Source of the DNA: Marinospirillum sp.
GTDB lineage: Bacteria; Pseudomonadota; Gammaproteobacteria; Pseudomonadales; Halomonadaceae
DNA: 64,000 bases
Direction: 5' to 3'
Assembly (NCBI RefSeq): GCF_035271045.1
Contig: NZ_DATESC010000008.1
Location: 36,044-100,043 of the forward strand
Below, in pieces: positions 10,283 through 20,123 of the stretch. Position 1 is the first letter of the stretch, and each line of letters begins with the position of its first letter. Below the pieces are notes generated by a model, which saw only the letters and a program-made list of their open reading frames with translations, searched no databases and was not told the origin of the DNA. Both the position numbers and the translations under genes were made by a program.

Positions 10283-11046
10283 GACGTAAGCTGCTGCTGT
10301 AGTTTTTCAACCGTTTTGCTAATAGGCACATCTACTGCTTCTGGCTTTACACTGTCACCACTTAAAGTAAGCTGCCGACCAGCTTTTAAGTCCACACCCG
10401 CTACATAAGCTTGAAACTCAGCCATTTGCTGTTCTTTATAGTCATTAAAAGCTTGGTTAAGATCACTTTTATATTTAGTAAAAGACTTTTGTTGATATTC
10501 ACTGTATTCCTGAAAGCTCATTTCAGAAACAGGTTTGGTGCGATAATAAGCCATCTCTTGACCATCCTGTCGCTCAACTGCAACCGAACCCTTAAATAAA
10601 GCCACATCATTACGCTCAGTTTGACTGCTAACTAAAAACTCAGTGCCTTTAACGCCTATAACAATTAAAGGGGTTTTAGCAATAAACCTATGTCCTTCAC
10701 GCTGGGAAATTTGAAATAAAGCGGCTCCTTCAGCTAAAGATAAACTGTCAACATCTAACACCTCTAAACGGCTGTTTTCTGCTAACACCACTTCTCCACC
10801 CACATGAGCAATAAGTGCTTGTGCTTTAGAAACGGTTTGCACTAGATCACCCGTGCAAAGCGCATAAGGCAATTCAGGATTACGCACAGGAAAAGGAGAG
10901 TTAACTTTAACTAGCTGAACCTGACCTTCCATTCGCTTTAATGAAGCATAAGAGTCACAGGTTTGGGTGGCTGCTAAACCTAAAGATGAATAGATAAAGA
11001 CTAATAATAAAAAAGCTATAGATAAAAAACGCTGATGCATTTTCAT
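10270..11046 (-). CDS. Secreted/periplasmic FecR-domain protein
   Basis: Sec-type signal peptide; GDLVQT, LAENSRL, EGAALF, TPLIVIGVKGTEF, VALFKGSV FecR-like strands; overlaps cyclase start by 13 nt. Confidence 0.8.
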   Translation of the reverse strand: MKMHQRFLSIAFLLLVFIYSSLGLAATQTCDSYASLKRMEGQVQLVKVNSPFPVRNPELPYALCTGDLVQTVSKAQALIAHVGGEVVLAENSRLEVLDVDSLSLAEGAALFQISQREGHRFIAKTPLIVIGVKGTEFLVSSQTERNDVALFKGSVAVERQDGQEMAYYRTKPVSEMSFQEYSEYQQKSFTKYKSDLNQAFNDYKEQQMAEFQAYVAGVDLKAGRQLTLSGDSVKPEAVDVPISKTVEKLQQQLTSWLQ

Positions 11047-11118
11047 TGATTTTAACTCTGCAAATATAGTTTATTATTTGGCGTATGTTACTACATGCTG
11101 CAGTTGATGTGATTATAA

Positions 11119-11150
11119 ATAAAAAAGACCTGCTAGTTACCTAGCAGGTC
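11119..11150 (-). terminator. Intrinsic terminator of the ABC transporter operon
   Basis: Perfect 10-bp stem GACCTGCTAG-ttac-CTAGCAGGTC (11127-11150) followed on the minus strand by TTTTTTATTT. Confidence 0.8.
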
Positions 11151-11200
11151 AAACAAGGGCACAGAGAAGTTACCCACAGAGCCACATAAAAGCTTAAATC

Positions 11201-12193
11201 TTATTTAAAGTTTTTCTTTGCAAATTTTTGAATTTCGCCCACGATGCCTGCACGAAATGCCATTACACAGGCAACAAATACTAAACCTAAGATGACGTTA
11301 ACCCAATCACCCAAGGCACTTTGTGCTAATTGGTGTGTTAGCGTTAGTACAAAGGTAGCGCCAACAATGGGGCCAACTAAAGTACCTACACCGCCAACCA
11401 GAGTCATTAGGATAACTTCACCTGACATGTGCCAATGCGCATCGTTCAAAGAGGCTAACTGGAAGACCACTGTTTTAGTGGAGCCAGCTAAACCCGCCAA
11501 ACCCGCTGAGATAACAAAAGCCACTAATTTATAAGCATCTACGTTGTATCCTAGCGAAGTTGCGCGAGGTTCGTTTTCACGTATAGCTTTTAACACCTGA
11601 CCAAAAGGCGAATGAATGGTGCGCTGAATTAGCATAAAACCTATTAAGAACACCGCTAGTACAAAATAGTACATAGACAGGTTGTTTTCTAAGTCTATAA
11701 AGCCAAACAGGTGACCACGAGGCACGCCCTGCATTCCATCTTCACCGCCAGTAAAGTCTGCCTGTAGGTAGAAGAAGAACACTAGTTGCGCCAGCGCTAG
11801 GGTAATCATTGCAAAATAAATACCCTGACGACGAATCGACAAGAGACCAAAGAAAGTACCCAGAATAATGGCGGCTAAAGTACCGACAAGAATACCCACT
11901 TCAGGTGTTACCGCATGCTGGCTAAGTAGGTAACCAGTAAAGTAACCACCGGTTGCCAAGAAAGCAGCGTGTCCAAAAGACAGCAGCCCTGTATAACCAA
12001 GCACTAGATTAAAAGCACAAGCAAAGAGCGCAAAACACAGAATTTTCATTAGAAAAACTGGGTAAGCAAGGAAAGGAGCAACCAGTGCAATAGCCAGCAA
12101 AACAACGTAAATCATCACACGACGGCGTTTAATGGCTTGTTGCGTTTTTTGTGCTGAACTTACTCTAGCTTTTTTAATTTCAGTACTAGCCAT
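11201..12193 (-). CDS. livM: Liv-type ABC transporter permease (LivM-like)
   Basis: GYTGLLSFGHAAF, TGGEDG, SPFGQVLKAIRENE, GGVGTLVGPIVGA. Confidence 0.88.
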   Translation of the reverse strand: MASTEIKKARVSSAQKTQQAIKRRRVMIYVVLLAIALVAPFLAYPVFLMKILCFALFACAFNLVLGYTGLLSFGHAAFLATGGYFTGYLLSQHAVTPEVGILVGTLAAIILGTFFGLLSIRRQGIYFAMITLALAQLVFFFYLQADFTGGEDGMQGVPRGHLFGFIDLENNLSMYYFVLAVFLIGFMLIQRTIHSPFGQVLKAIRENEPRATSLGYNVDAYKLVAFVISAGLAGLAGSTKTVVFQLASLNDAHWHMSGEVILMTLVGGVGTLVGPIVGATFVLTLTHQLAQSALGDWVNVILGLVFVACVMAFRAGIVGEIQKFAKKNFK

Positions 12194-12196
12194 GGT

Positions 12197-13084
12197 CTAT
12201 GCCTCCTTACCAAATAGTCCTGCTGGGCGCAGCAGTAGTACAAATATCATTACTAAGAAAATTACCGTATTCGATGCCTCTGGGTAATAAACTTTGGTGA
12301 GTCCTTCAACAATACCCATTGCTAAGCCGGTAATAATTGCGCCCATAATAGAGCCCATACCACCAATAACCACCACTGCAAATACCACAATTAATAAGTT
12401 AGCACCCATACCTGGAGCAACTGAGTAGATAGGTGCAGCTAATACGCCGGCAAAGGCGGCCAGTGCCACACCAAAACCATAAGTTAAAGTAACTAACAAG
12501 GGTACGTTAATACCAAAAGCTTGCATGATTGCAGGATTTTCAGTACCTGCTCGTAAGTAACCACCCAGCTTAGTTTTTTCAATTAAAAACCAAACGGCAA
12601 TACAAACAACCAACGCAATAGCAACAATCCAACCACGGTAATAGGGTAGGAACATAAAGCCTAGATTAACACCACCACTAAGCTCGCTGGGTACTGGATA
12701 GCGATTCCCAGAAACACCAAACAAATTAGTAAATAAACCTTGGATAATCAGTGCTAAACCAAAAGTAAGTAGCAAACCATAAATATGGTCAATATGCGTA
12801 ATACGACGTAATAAGTAACGTTCTATTAATGCACCAATAGTACCCACAATAATGGGTGCTAAAAACAAAGCAGCCCAATAGTTAATACCGAGTAAATTTA
12901 ATAGTAGATAAGCGGCAAAAGCCCCCAGCATATACTGGGCACCATGCGCAAAATTGATTATCTTGAGCAGGCCAAAAATAATTGCTAACCCAAGGCTCAA
13001 AAGAGCATAAAAAGCGCCGTTAATCAGACCTAGCAACAGCTGACCGAAAAATGCGGCTGCAGGCACTCCAAATATCATGGTCAT
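12197..13084 (-). CDS. livH: Liv-type ABC transporter permease (LivH-like)
   Basis: GLINGAFYALLSLGLAIIFG...INFAHG, VVVIGGMGS, RPAGLFG; start ATG 13084. Confidence 0.88.
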   Translation of the reverse strand: MTMIFGVPAAAFFGQLLLGLINGAFYALLSLGLAIIFGLLKIINFAHGAQYMLGAFAAYLLLNLLGINYWAALFLAPIIVGTIGALIERYLLRRITHIDHIYGLLLTFGLALIIQGLFTNLFGVSGNRYPVPSELSGGVNLGFMFLPYYRGWIVAIALVVCIAVWFLIEKTKLGGYLRAGTENPAIMQAFGINVPLLVTLTYGFGVALAAFAGVLAAPIYSVAPGMGANLLIVVFAVVVIGGMGSIMGAIITGLAMGIVEGLTKVYYPEASNTVIFLVMIFVLLLRPAGLFGKEA

Positions 13085-13120
13085 CTGCGTACCATCCTTT
13101 AACAAAATTCTTATTTATAA

Positions 13121-13143
13121 AGCGGGGTCAGAAGGACCCCGCT
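13121..13143 (-). other. Intercistronic hairpin between binding-protein and permease genes (mRNA stabiliser or partial terminator)
   Basis: AGCGGGGTC-agaag-GACCCCGCT, 9-bp perfect stem, only a short U run. Confidence 0.6.
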
Positions 13144-13160
13144 AATCTATTTCTAATGAC

Positions 13161-14372
13161 TTATTTTTTTACCAAAGAGCAGTTGCTCTCTGATAATGGA
13201 CGGAAAGCACTATCGGCTGGAATGGTACGAATAATCTTGTATAGATCCCAAGGGTTCTTAGATTCAGCAGGCGTTTTAACTTGGGCTAGGTACATATCGT
13301 GCACCATACGGCCATCTTCACGGATGTAGCCACCCTTAGTGAACATGTCGTTAACCTTGTTTTTAGCCATTTCAGCGCGAACTATTTTGGCATTGTCACT
13401 ACCTGTTGTTTCTACTGCTTTTAGGTAATGCATGGTGCTTGAGTAAATACCGGCATGAACCATACTTGGGCGAGCGTTAGTACGCTTATAGAAGTCATCT
13501 GACCAAGCACGCGCTTCTTTGTCTTTATCCCAGTACCAACCGGTTACTAGCTGAATACCTTGCGCAGTTTTTACACCCAAAGCGTGAACGTCAGTAAGGA
13601 AGAAAAGTAGAGCAGCAACAGTTTGACCCGATTGCGCTAAGCCAAATTCACCTGCGGTAATGACCGAGTTAACGGTATCGCCACCGGCGTTAGCAAAACC
13701 AACCACCTGAGCGCCTGAAGCCTGTGCTTGTAAGATATAAGAAGAGAAGTCACTAGTGGCGAGTGGGTGACGAACCGTGCCTACAATTTTGCCGCCTTCG
13801 CGTTCAACAACGGTACGCACGTCACTTTCAAGAGAGTGACCAAACGCATAGTCAGCAGTCACGATAAACCAATTTTTGCCACCTTCAGCAACGATGGCCG
13901 AGGCTGTTGAGTTAGCTAATGGGTAAGTATCGTAAGCCCAGTGAATGTGGTTAGGAGAACAATGTTCGTTGGTAATACTTGAAGCAGCAGAACCATTAAC
14001 AAGACCAATCGCATCTGAACCATTCAACACTTTAGTCGCTGCGATAGTTACGGAGGAAGCAACTAAACCTGCAACCATGTCAACCTTGTCGCTATCCAAC
14101 CACTGACGAACAGTACTTGAAGCTACGTCTGGGCTATTACGGTCATCCGCATTCATTACAACGATTTTTTTACCTTTAACCGTACCGCCAAAGTCTTCAA
14201 CGGCCATACGCAAGGCTTCTAAACCATTAGGGCCAGCTAGATCGCGGTAGGTACCCGACATATCTGCTAGATAACCAATACGCACTTCATTATCGGTGAT
14301 TGCTGCCTGAGCAGCTCCTGCGGTCATTGCGGTTGCCACTGCTGCGGTTAATACTTTTTTTATTAGTTTCAT
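13161..14372 (-). CDS. Liv-type ABC transporter substrate-binding protein
   Basis: Signal peptide; IGYLADMSG, TADYAFGHSLE, HPLATSDFSS, IREDGRMVHDMYL. Confidence 0.88.
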   Translation of the reverse strand: MKLIKKVLTAAVATAMTAGAAQAAITDNEVRIGYLADMSGTYRDLAGPNGLEALRMAVEDFGGTVKGKKIVVMNADDRNSPDVASSTVRQWLDSDKVDMVAGLVASSVTIAATKVLNGSDAIGLVNGSAASSITNEHCSPNHIHWAYDTYPLANSTASAIVAEGGKNWFIVTADYAFGHSLESDVRTVVEREGGKIVGTVRHPLATSDFSSYILQAQASGAQVVGFANAGGDTVNSVITAGEFGLAQSGQTVAALLFFLTDVHALGVKTAQGIQLVTGWYWDKDKEARAWSDDFYKRTNARPSMVHAGIYSSTMHYLKAVETTGSDNAKIVRAEMAKNKVNDMFTKGGYIREDGRMVHDMYLAQVKTPAESKNPWDLYKIIRTIPADSAFRPLSESNCSLVKK

Positions 14373-14421
14373 GCTTAATACCCCATTGCCTTATTGGCTT
14401 TTGTTGTTGTTTTTAATTGAA

Positions 14422-15132
14422 TCAAACACCCAAATAGGTGTTAAGTATGTCTTGTTTGCTGTCTAATTCATCCTTTTTAATTTCTTCAACAATTTGACCG
14501 TGCTCCATTAAATAATGGCGGTCGGCAATCGGTGCTGCAAAACGAAAATTCTGCTCAACCAATAAAATAGTTAAACCTTTTTCTTTAAGCTGCATTAATA
14601 CTTCGGCTAGTTTTTGTACGATAACAGGGGCTAAGCCTTCCGTTATTTCGTCTAGCAACAACATATTAGCACCCGTGCGTAAAATACGCGCTAAAGCCAA
14701 CATTTGCTGTTCACCACCTGAAAGACGCGTACCCACACTTTTACGACGCTCGTAAAGGTTAGGGAACATCGCATAGATTTCATCCAGTGACATACCACCG
14801 CTGCGGACGGTTGGTGGTAACAATAAATTTTCTTCTACGTTAAGGCTTGAAAAAATAGCACGCTCTTCTGGGCAATAACCAACACCTAAACGCGCAATAT
14901 GGTGCGGTGCAGTGTTAATGGTTTCGTTACCATTAATCATAATCGAACCCGTACGGCGGCTGACCATATTCATAATGGATTTTAATGTAGTGCTGCGACC
15001 CGAACCATTACGACCTAACAAGGTAACTAACTCACCTCGGTTTATATGCAAATCTAAACCGTGCAAAATGTGTGATTCGCCGTAATAAGAGTGAAGATCA
15101 GTAATACGCAGCTGCTCATAAGCCTTACTCAT
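14422..15132 (-). CDS. livF: ABC ATPase (LivF-like)
   Basis: GRNGSGRST Walker A (R in place of K), LSGGEQQML, LLLDE, LVEQN. Confidence 0.9.
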   Translation of the reverse strand: MSKAYEQLRITDLHSYYGESHILHGLDLHINRGELVTLLGRNGSGRSTTLKSIMNMVSRRTGSIMINGNETINTAPHHIARLGVGYCPEERAIFSSLNVEENLLLPPTVRSGGMSLDEIYAMFPNLYERRKSVGTRLSGGEQQMLALARILRTGANMLLLDEITEGLAPVIVQKLAEVLMQLKEKGLTILLVEQNFRFAAPIADRHYLMEHGQIVEEIKKDELDSKQDILNTYLGV

Positions 15133-15905
15133 GCTTCTTCCTCCTGATGCTGATCCGCTTCAGTACCCATGTAAGCTTCCCGCACTTGAGGGTTAGCCGA
15201 CACAGTCGCGTAATCACCTTCAGCAATTACAGCACCACGCGCCAAAACAGTGACTTGATTACACAAGGTGCTAACAACACGCAAGTTATGCTCAACCATC
15301 AGAATAGTACGCCCTACTGCTGCTTTACGAATAAGCTCCGTCACACGATCAACGTCTTCCAAACCCATACCTTGGGTTGGTTCATCTAGCAGCATAATGG
15401 TAGGTTCCATTGCCAGTGTCGTGGCTAATTCAAGCGCACGCTTACGACCATAAGGCAGCTCAATAGTTACATTATCAGCATATTCATCTAAACCCACCGA
15501 CTCTAACAATTCCATTGCACGGTCATTTAATTGGTTTAAAACTTTTTCACTTTTCCAAAAATGAAAAGAGTTACCCATTGGGCGCTGTAAAGCAACACGC
15601 ACGTTTTCTAACACAGTCATGTGCGGGAAAACTGCCGAAATCTGGAACGAACGCACCACACCCAAACGCGCAATTTCACTTGACTTCATTTTAACGATGG
15701 ATTTACCACGGTATAAAATATCGCCACGCGTAACAGGCAGGTATTTAGTAAGCAGGTTGAAAAGCGTGGTTTTACCTGCACCGTTAGGGCCGATAAGCGC
15801 ATGAATACTGCCTTCTTTCACTTGCAGGTTAACCGAGTCAACAGCAGTGAAGCCGCGAAACTCTTTAGTCAGACCTCGCGTTTCTAACACGAACTCCTGG
15901 CTCAT
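15129..15905 (-). CDS. livG: ABC ATPase (LivG-like)
   Basis: GPNGAGKTT, LPYGRKRALE, LLDEP, MVEHN. Confidence 0.9.
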   Translation of the reverse strand: MSQEFVLETRGLTKEFRGFTAVDSVNLQVKEGSIHALIGPNGAGKTTLFNLLTKYLPVTRGDILYRGKSIVKMKSSEIARLGVVRSFQISAVFPHMTVLENVRVALQRPMGNSFHFWKSEKVLNQLNDRAMELLESVGLDEYADNVTIELPYGRKRALELATTLAMEPTIMLLDEPTQGMGLEDVDRVTELIRKAAVGRTILMVEHNLRVVSTLCNQVTVLARGAVIAEGDYATVSANPQVREAYMGTEADQHQEEEA

Positions 15906-15987
15906 TGTAAATCCTCTTGCTGTGGGTTTAACCCTGTTATTTTTATACCAGCTAACTTTAGAGCTTGTAGAACTGATTTTTTATGAC

Positions 15988-16005
15988 CTTGACGTAAACG
16001 TAAAC
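15988..16005. promoter_or_regulatory. LiuR-type operator upstream of livG
   Basis: CTTGACGTAAACGTAAAC; matches the TTKACGTnnACGTMAA palindrome found at three other sites in this window. Confidence 0.75.
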
Positions 16006-16062
16006 CATAAACACCATTCCTACAAGCTCTGTTTTAGATTTTTTTGCGATTTTTAACTTAAA

Positions 16063-17955
16063 TTACGTTTTAGTTATGCCTGCCGCTTTTAATGATGCGC
16101 TAATCTCTGGAAGAATGGATAAATCATCAATGGTTGAAGGCGGTGCATAATCTTCACCTTCAGCAATTTTACGCAAAATAGCACGTAAAATTTTACCGGA
16201 ACGTGTTTTAGGCAAACGATCAACCACTAACGCTTTTTGAAAACAGGCTAATGCCCCTATTTTCTCACGCACTAAAGCAATTAGCTGTTTTTCTAACTCA
16301 GCAGGCTCAATTTTAACGCCATCTTTAAGTAGAATAAGACCTATTGGCAACTGACCTTTTAGATCATCAGAAACCGCAATCACTGCACATTCAGCAACCG
16401 CTGGGTGAGTGGCAACCACTTCTTCCATTTCGCCGGTCGATAAACGGTGTCCAGAGACATTAATGACATCATCGGTACGGCCCATAATGTACACAAAACC
16501 GTCTTTGTCGATATAACCACCATCACCCGTGTGGTAATAACCCTTAAAAGTTTGCAAGTAAGAGCTTAGGTAACGCTGATGATCGCCCCAAAGTGTTTGT
16601 GCCACACCCGGTGGTAAAGGCAGCTTAATAACAATAGAACCCATTTCATCCGGCGCAGCTTGCGAACCATCCACACGCAATACCTGCACGTTATAACCCG
16701 GCACGCCTTGGTTAGTAGACCCCATGCGTACATCACTCTCACCCATACCCGTTAAGGGCGCAGTTACAGGCCAGCCTGTTTCTGTTTGCCACCAGTGGTC
16801 AAACACTGGCTTTTGCGACATTTCACGCAACCAATGGTAGGTAGGTGAATCGAGTTTTTCTCCTGCCACAAAAATGTGTTTTAGTGAAGAGACATCGTAT
16901 TGACGGAACAACTCACCTTCTGGATCTTCTTTACGAATAGCACGAAAAGCAGTAGGCGCACAGAAGATACCGTTCACGCCATATTCCTGAATCACTCGCC
17001 ATAATGCACCAGCATCAGGGGTACGCACAGGCTTACCTTCATAAAATACGGTTGTACAACCACCGATTAACGGGCCATACATAATAAACGAGTGACCAAC
17101 CACCCAACCAATATCAGAAATACCCCACCAAACATCGCCTTCTTGCATATTGTAAATATTACGCAGGGCAAAGTTTAATGCTACAGCATAACTGCCATTA
17201 TCACGCAGTACACCCTTGGGCTTACCTGTCGTGCCCGAGGTATACATAATGTACAAGGGGTCAGTAGCAGCCATCGGTTCACAATCTGCTGGCTGTACAT
17301 CTTTTTGAATTGCGTACCAATCTAAATCACGCCCAGCAATCATTTCTGCTTTAACTTCAGGGCGTTGCAACATAATGACCTTTTCAGGCTTATGCGTTGC
17401 TTGCTCAATCGCTACATCAACCAATGGTTTGTATTCAATGATTTTAGTGAATTCGATACCACAAGAAGCCGATAAAACAATTTTTGGTTTGGAATCATCA
17501 ATCCGCACACCCAATTCATGGGCAGCAAAGCCTCCAAAAACAACCGAGTGAATCGCACCAATGCGCGAACAAGCCAACATAGCAATACCGGCTTCTGGCA
17601 CCATTGGCATATAAATCACCACGCCATCACCTTTGCCTATACCCTGCGCTTTTAGTGCGCCAGCAAACAAAGCAACGGCATCTAAGAGTTCTTTGTAGGT
17701 ATAGGTTTTTTTGGTGTTGGTAACGGGTGAGTCATAAATTAACGCAATGCGGTCGCCTTTACCGGCAGCAACGTGACGATCCAGCGCTAAAAAGCAGGTG
17801 TTCAATTCACCATCGGCATACCAAGTATGTGTGCCGTCTGAATTTTCTTGCAAAATTTGGGTCGGTTTTTTGTACCAATCAAGCTGATCGGCCTGCTCTG
17901 CCCAAAACTCACTTGGGTTTTGAAGGGCACGCGCACGCGCTTCTTGTGCTTGCAT
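16063..17955 (-). CDS. prpE: Propionyl-CoA / short-chain acyl-CoA synthetase (PrpE/ACSS3-like)
   Basis: 630 aa; YTSGTTGKPKG, HWWQTETG, YHTGD, GRTDDVINVSGHRLST, LPKTRSGK. Confidence 0.8.
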   Translation of the reverse strand: MQAQEARARALQNPSEFWAEQADQLDWYKKPTQILQENSDGTHTWYADGELNTCFLALDRHVAAGKGDRIALIYDSPVTNTKKTYTYKELLDAVALFAGALKAQGIGKGDGVVIYMPMVPEAGIAMLACSRIGAIHSVVFGGFAAHELGVRIDDSKPKIVLSASCGIEFTKIIEYKPLVDVAIEQATHKPEKVIMLQRPEVKAEMIAGRDLDWYAIQKDVQPADCEPMAATDPLYIMYTSGTTGKPKGVLRDNGSYAVALNFALRNIYNMQEGDVWWGISDIGWVVGHSFIMYGPLIGGCTTVFYEGKPVRTPDAGALWRVIQEYGVNGIFCAPTAFRAIRKEDPEGELFRQYDVSSLKHIFVAGEKLDSPTYHWLREMSQKPVFDHWWQTETGWPVTAPLTGMGESDVRMGSTNQGVPGYNVQVLRVDGSQAAPDEMGSIVIKLPLPPGVAQTLWGDHQRYLSSYLQTFKGYYHTGDGGYIDKDGFVYIMGRTDDVINVSGHRLSTGEMEEVVATHPAVAECAVIAVSDDLKGQLPIGLILLKDGVKIEPAELEKQLIALVREKIGALACFQKALVVDRLPKTRSGKILRAILRKIAEGEDYAPPSTIDDLSILPEISASLKAAGITKT

Positions 17956-17993
17956 AATAAGACCTCATGTCTGTTTATTTTTATGGTGAGGCA

Positions 17994-18021
17994 AAGCAGG
18001 GTAAGTAACGCTACCCTGCTT
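17994..18021 (-). other. Intercistronic hairpin between mmsB and the acyl-CoA synthetase
   Basis: AAGCAGGGTA-agtaacgc-TACCCTGCTT, 10-bp perfect stem. Confidence 0.55.
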
Positions 18022-18046
18022 CTAATTCTAATTCATCAACGATAGA

Positions 18047-18931
18047 CTATTCAGCAAACATCTGTTGAATGCTAGAAAAATCTAATCCGCCATTACCCTT
18101 TTGAGCATGCAATGCAAACAAGTTACGCGCCAAAGAACCCATCGGAATGGATGACTTGCTGCTAAGGGCTGTTTCCCAAGCTAAACCTAAGTCTTTAGCC
18201 ATTAAATCAACCTGGAAACCGCCTTGATAGCCATTGGAAGCGGGCACACCTTCCATTACACCCGGCCAAGGATTATAAACATTCAACACCCAGTTAGCAC
18301 CTGAGCTTTGCTTCATAATCTCTGATAATACCGCTGGGTCTAAACCATTTTTAGCGCCTAACGCTAATGCTTCTGTCGTGCCCGCCATTAAAATAGAAAG
18401 CAGCATATTATTACAAGCTTTAGCAACTTGACCCGCACCCGCTTCACCGGCGTGAAAAATATTCTTGCCCATATTTTCTAATAATGGTTTAGCCTGAGCA
18501 AAATCGTCAGCGCTGCCGCCTACAATAAAGCTAAGCGTGCCAGCGGTTGCGCCGCCCACACCACCAGAAACTGGCGCATCAATAAACTTAATGCCTTTTT
18601 CTAGTGCCGCTTTACTCACTTGGCGCGAAGTTTCAGCAGCAATGGTGGACGAATCAATAACCAAAGTACCCGCAGGCAACTGGCTGAACAAACCCGCTTC
18701 ACCTAGGTATAAACCGGCAACGTGTTGGCTAGCTGGTAGCATAGAAACAACCACTTCAGCACCAACCACTGCTTCTGCCGCTGAACTTGCAGCTGTACCA
18801 CCTGCTGCTGCTAAGGCTTTTAGTGCTTCAGCGCTTAAATCAAAACCTGTGACTGTATGGCCTGCTTTAACTAGGTTGTGAGCCATAGGGCCGCCCATGT
18901 TACCCAAACCTATAAATGCGACTTTACTCAT
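18047..18931 (-). CDS. mmsB: 3-hydroxyisobutyrate dehydrogenase
   Basis: FIGLGNMGGPMA, DAPVSGGVGGA, KACNNMLL, NPWPG, LMAKDL. Confidence 0.93.
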   Translation of the reverse strand: MSKVAFIGLGNMGGPMAHNLVKAGHTVTGFDLSAEALKALAAAGGTAASSAAEAVVGAEVVVSMLPASQHVAGLYLGEAGLFSQLPAGTLVIDSSTIAAETSRQVSKAALEKGIKFIDAPVSGGVGGATAGTLSFIVGGSADDFAQAKPLLENMGKNIFHAGEAGAGQVAKACNNMLLSILMAGTTEALALGAKNGLDPAVLSEIMKQSSGANWVLNVYNPWPGVMEGVPASNGYQGGFQVDLMAKDLGLAWETALSSKSSIPMGSLARNLFALHAQKGNGGLDFSSIQQMFAE

Positions 18932-18991
18932 AAACTAACTCCATCTTGTTTTTTATTTTAAATAGCTTTTTTATAATTAGCTGTCTTTTAT

Positions 18992-20113
18992 TTAAAGCGC
19001 TTGTAACGGGCTTTCTGACCAAAGCGGTTCAAAGAAGCTGTCAATCCACTGCTGCTCAACGGCATCAACCGTCGCGTAATGCCAGCGTGGGTTTTTGTCT
19101 TTATCAATAAGCAAGGCACGAATACCTTCGGCAAATTCACCTTTTAAACTGGCTTGCACTGAAAGGTTTAATTCCTGCTGGAACACTTCACGCAAAGAGG
19201 CATGGCGAGTACGGCGTAGCTGCTCTTGAATCAGCAACATGGCCGTAGGCGAACCAGCAGCTAAACTACTGGCCGCACGTTGCAACCACTTGTCTTCGCC
19301 AGCATAGGCGGCAATTTTCTTAGCCCTTTCTAAATCAGAATCGGCATCGGTCAGCTGCTGAATTTCGGTAAAATGTGCTTCAACCTGCGCTGCGGGTAAG
19401 GCGGCTTGGCTAGCGGTTTCAAACTCACGCAAGACATGGCTAACAGTACGGAAGTCATCTTCGCCCCAAGGCGCTTCTTCTAACGCAGCCAGCACTTTAT
19501 TACGCTGTTCATGGGTAATAAAACGGTCTGCCAAGCCAACAAACAAGGCATCGGCCGCATTAAAGTGCGCACCGGTTAAGCCTAAAAACAAACCACAACG
19601 CCCAGGCATACGGTTTAAGAACCAGCTACCGCCTACGTCTGGGTAAAGACCGATAGTGATTTCTGGCATGGCTAGGCGTGAAGTTTCTGTTACCACACGA
19701 AAAGCCGCACCGGCAAACAAGCCCATACCACCGCCCATGACTATGCCGTTACCCCAAACAATCAAAGGTTTTGGGTAGGTATGAATTAAATAGTCGAGCT
19801 TATATTCCGTAGTAAAAAAGTTCTCTGCGTAAGGGTTTTCTTTAGCAGGATCGGTGCCGCCTGTGTATTCAGTCATCGAACGGTAAAGCGCAACGATATC
19901 GCCACCGGCACAAAAGGCTTTATCGCCAGTGCCTTCCAGCCAAACCGCCGCTATCTGTGCATTGCTTGCCCAGCTTTCAAACTTGGCTAACAGCTGGTCA
20001 ATCATTTCTAATGACAAGGCATTTAATGCACGGGGCGCATTTAATGTTGCTACACCAATTTTCTGGCCATTATTCAGCGGCAACTCGCTAAAGAGTACGG
20101 GTAGATCACTCAT
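18992..20113 (-). CDS. 3-hydroxyisobutyryl-CoA hydrolase (crotonase family)
   Basis: 373 aa; KAFCAGGDI, GIVMGGG, AMPEITIGLYPDVG, EGIRALLIDKD. Confidence 0.85.
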   Translation of the reverse strand: MSDLPVLFSELPLNNGQKIGVATLNAPRALNALSLEMIDQLLAKFESWASNAQIAAVWLEGTGDKAFCAGGDIVALYRSMTEYTGGTDPAKENPYAENFFTTEYKLDYLIHTYPKPLIVWGNGIVMGGGMGLFAGAAFRVVTETSRLAMPEITIGLYPDVGGSWFLNRMPGRCGLFLGLTGAHFNAADALFVGLADRFITHEQRNKVLAALEEAPWGEDDFRTVSHVLREFETASQAALPAAQVEAHFTEIQQLTDADSDLERAKKIAAYAGEDKWLQRAASSLAAGSPTAMLLIQEQLRRTRHASLREVFQQELNLSVQASLKGEFAEGIRALLIDKDKNPRWHYATVDAVEQQWIDSFFEPLWSESPLQAL

Positions 20114-20123
20114 ACACTGCTCC

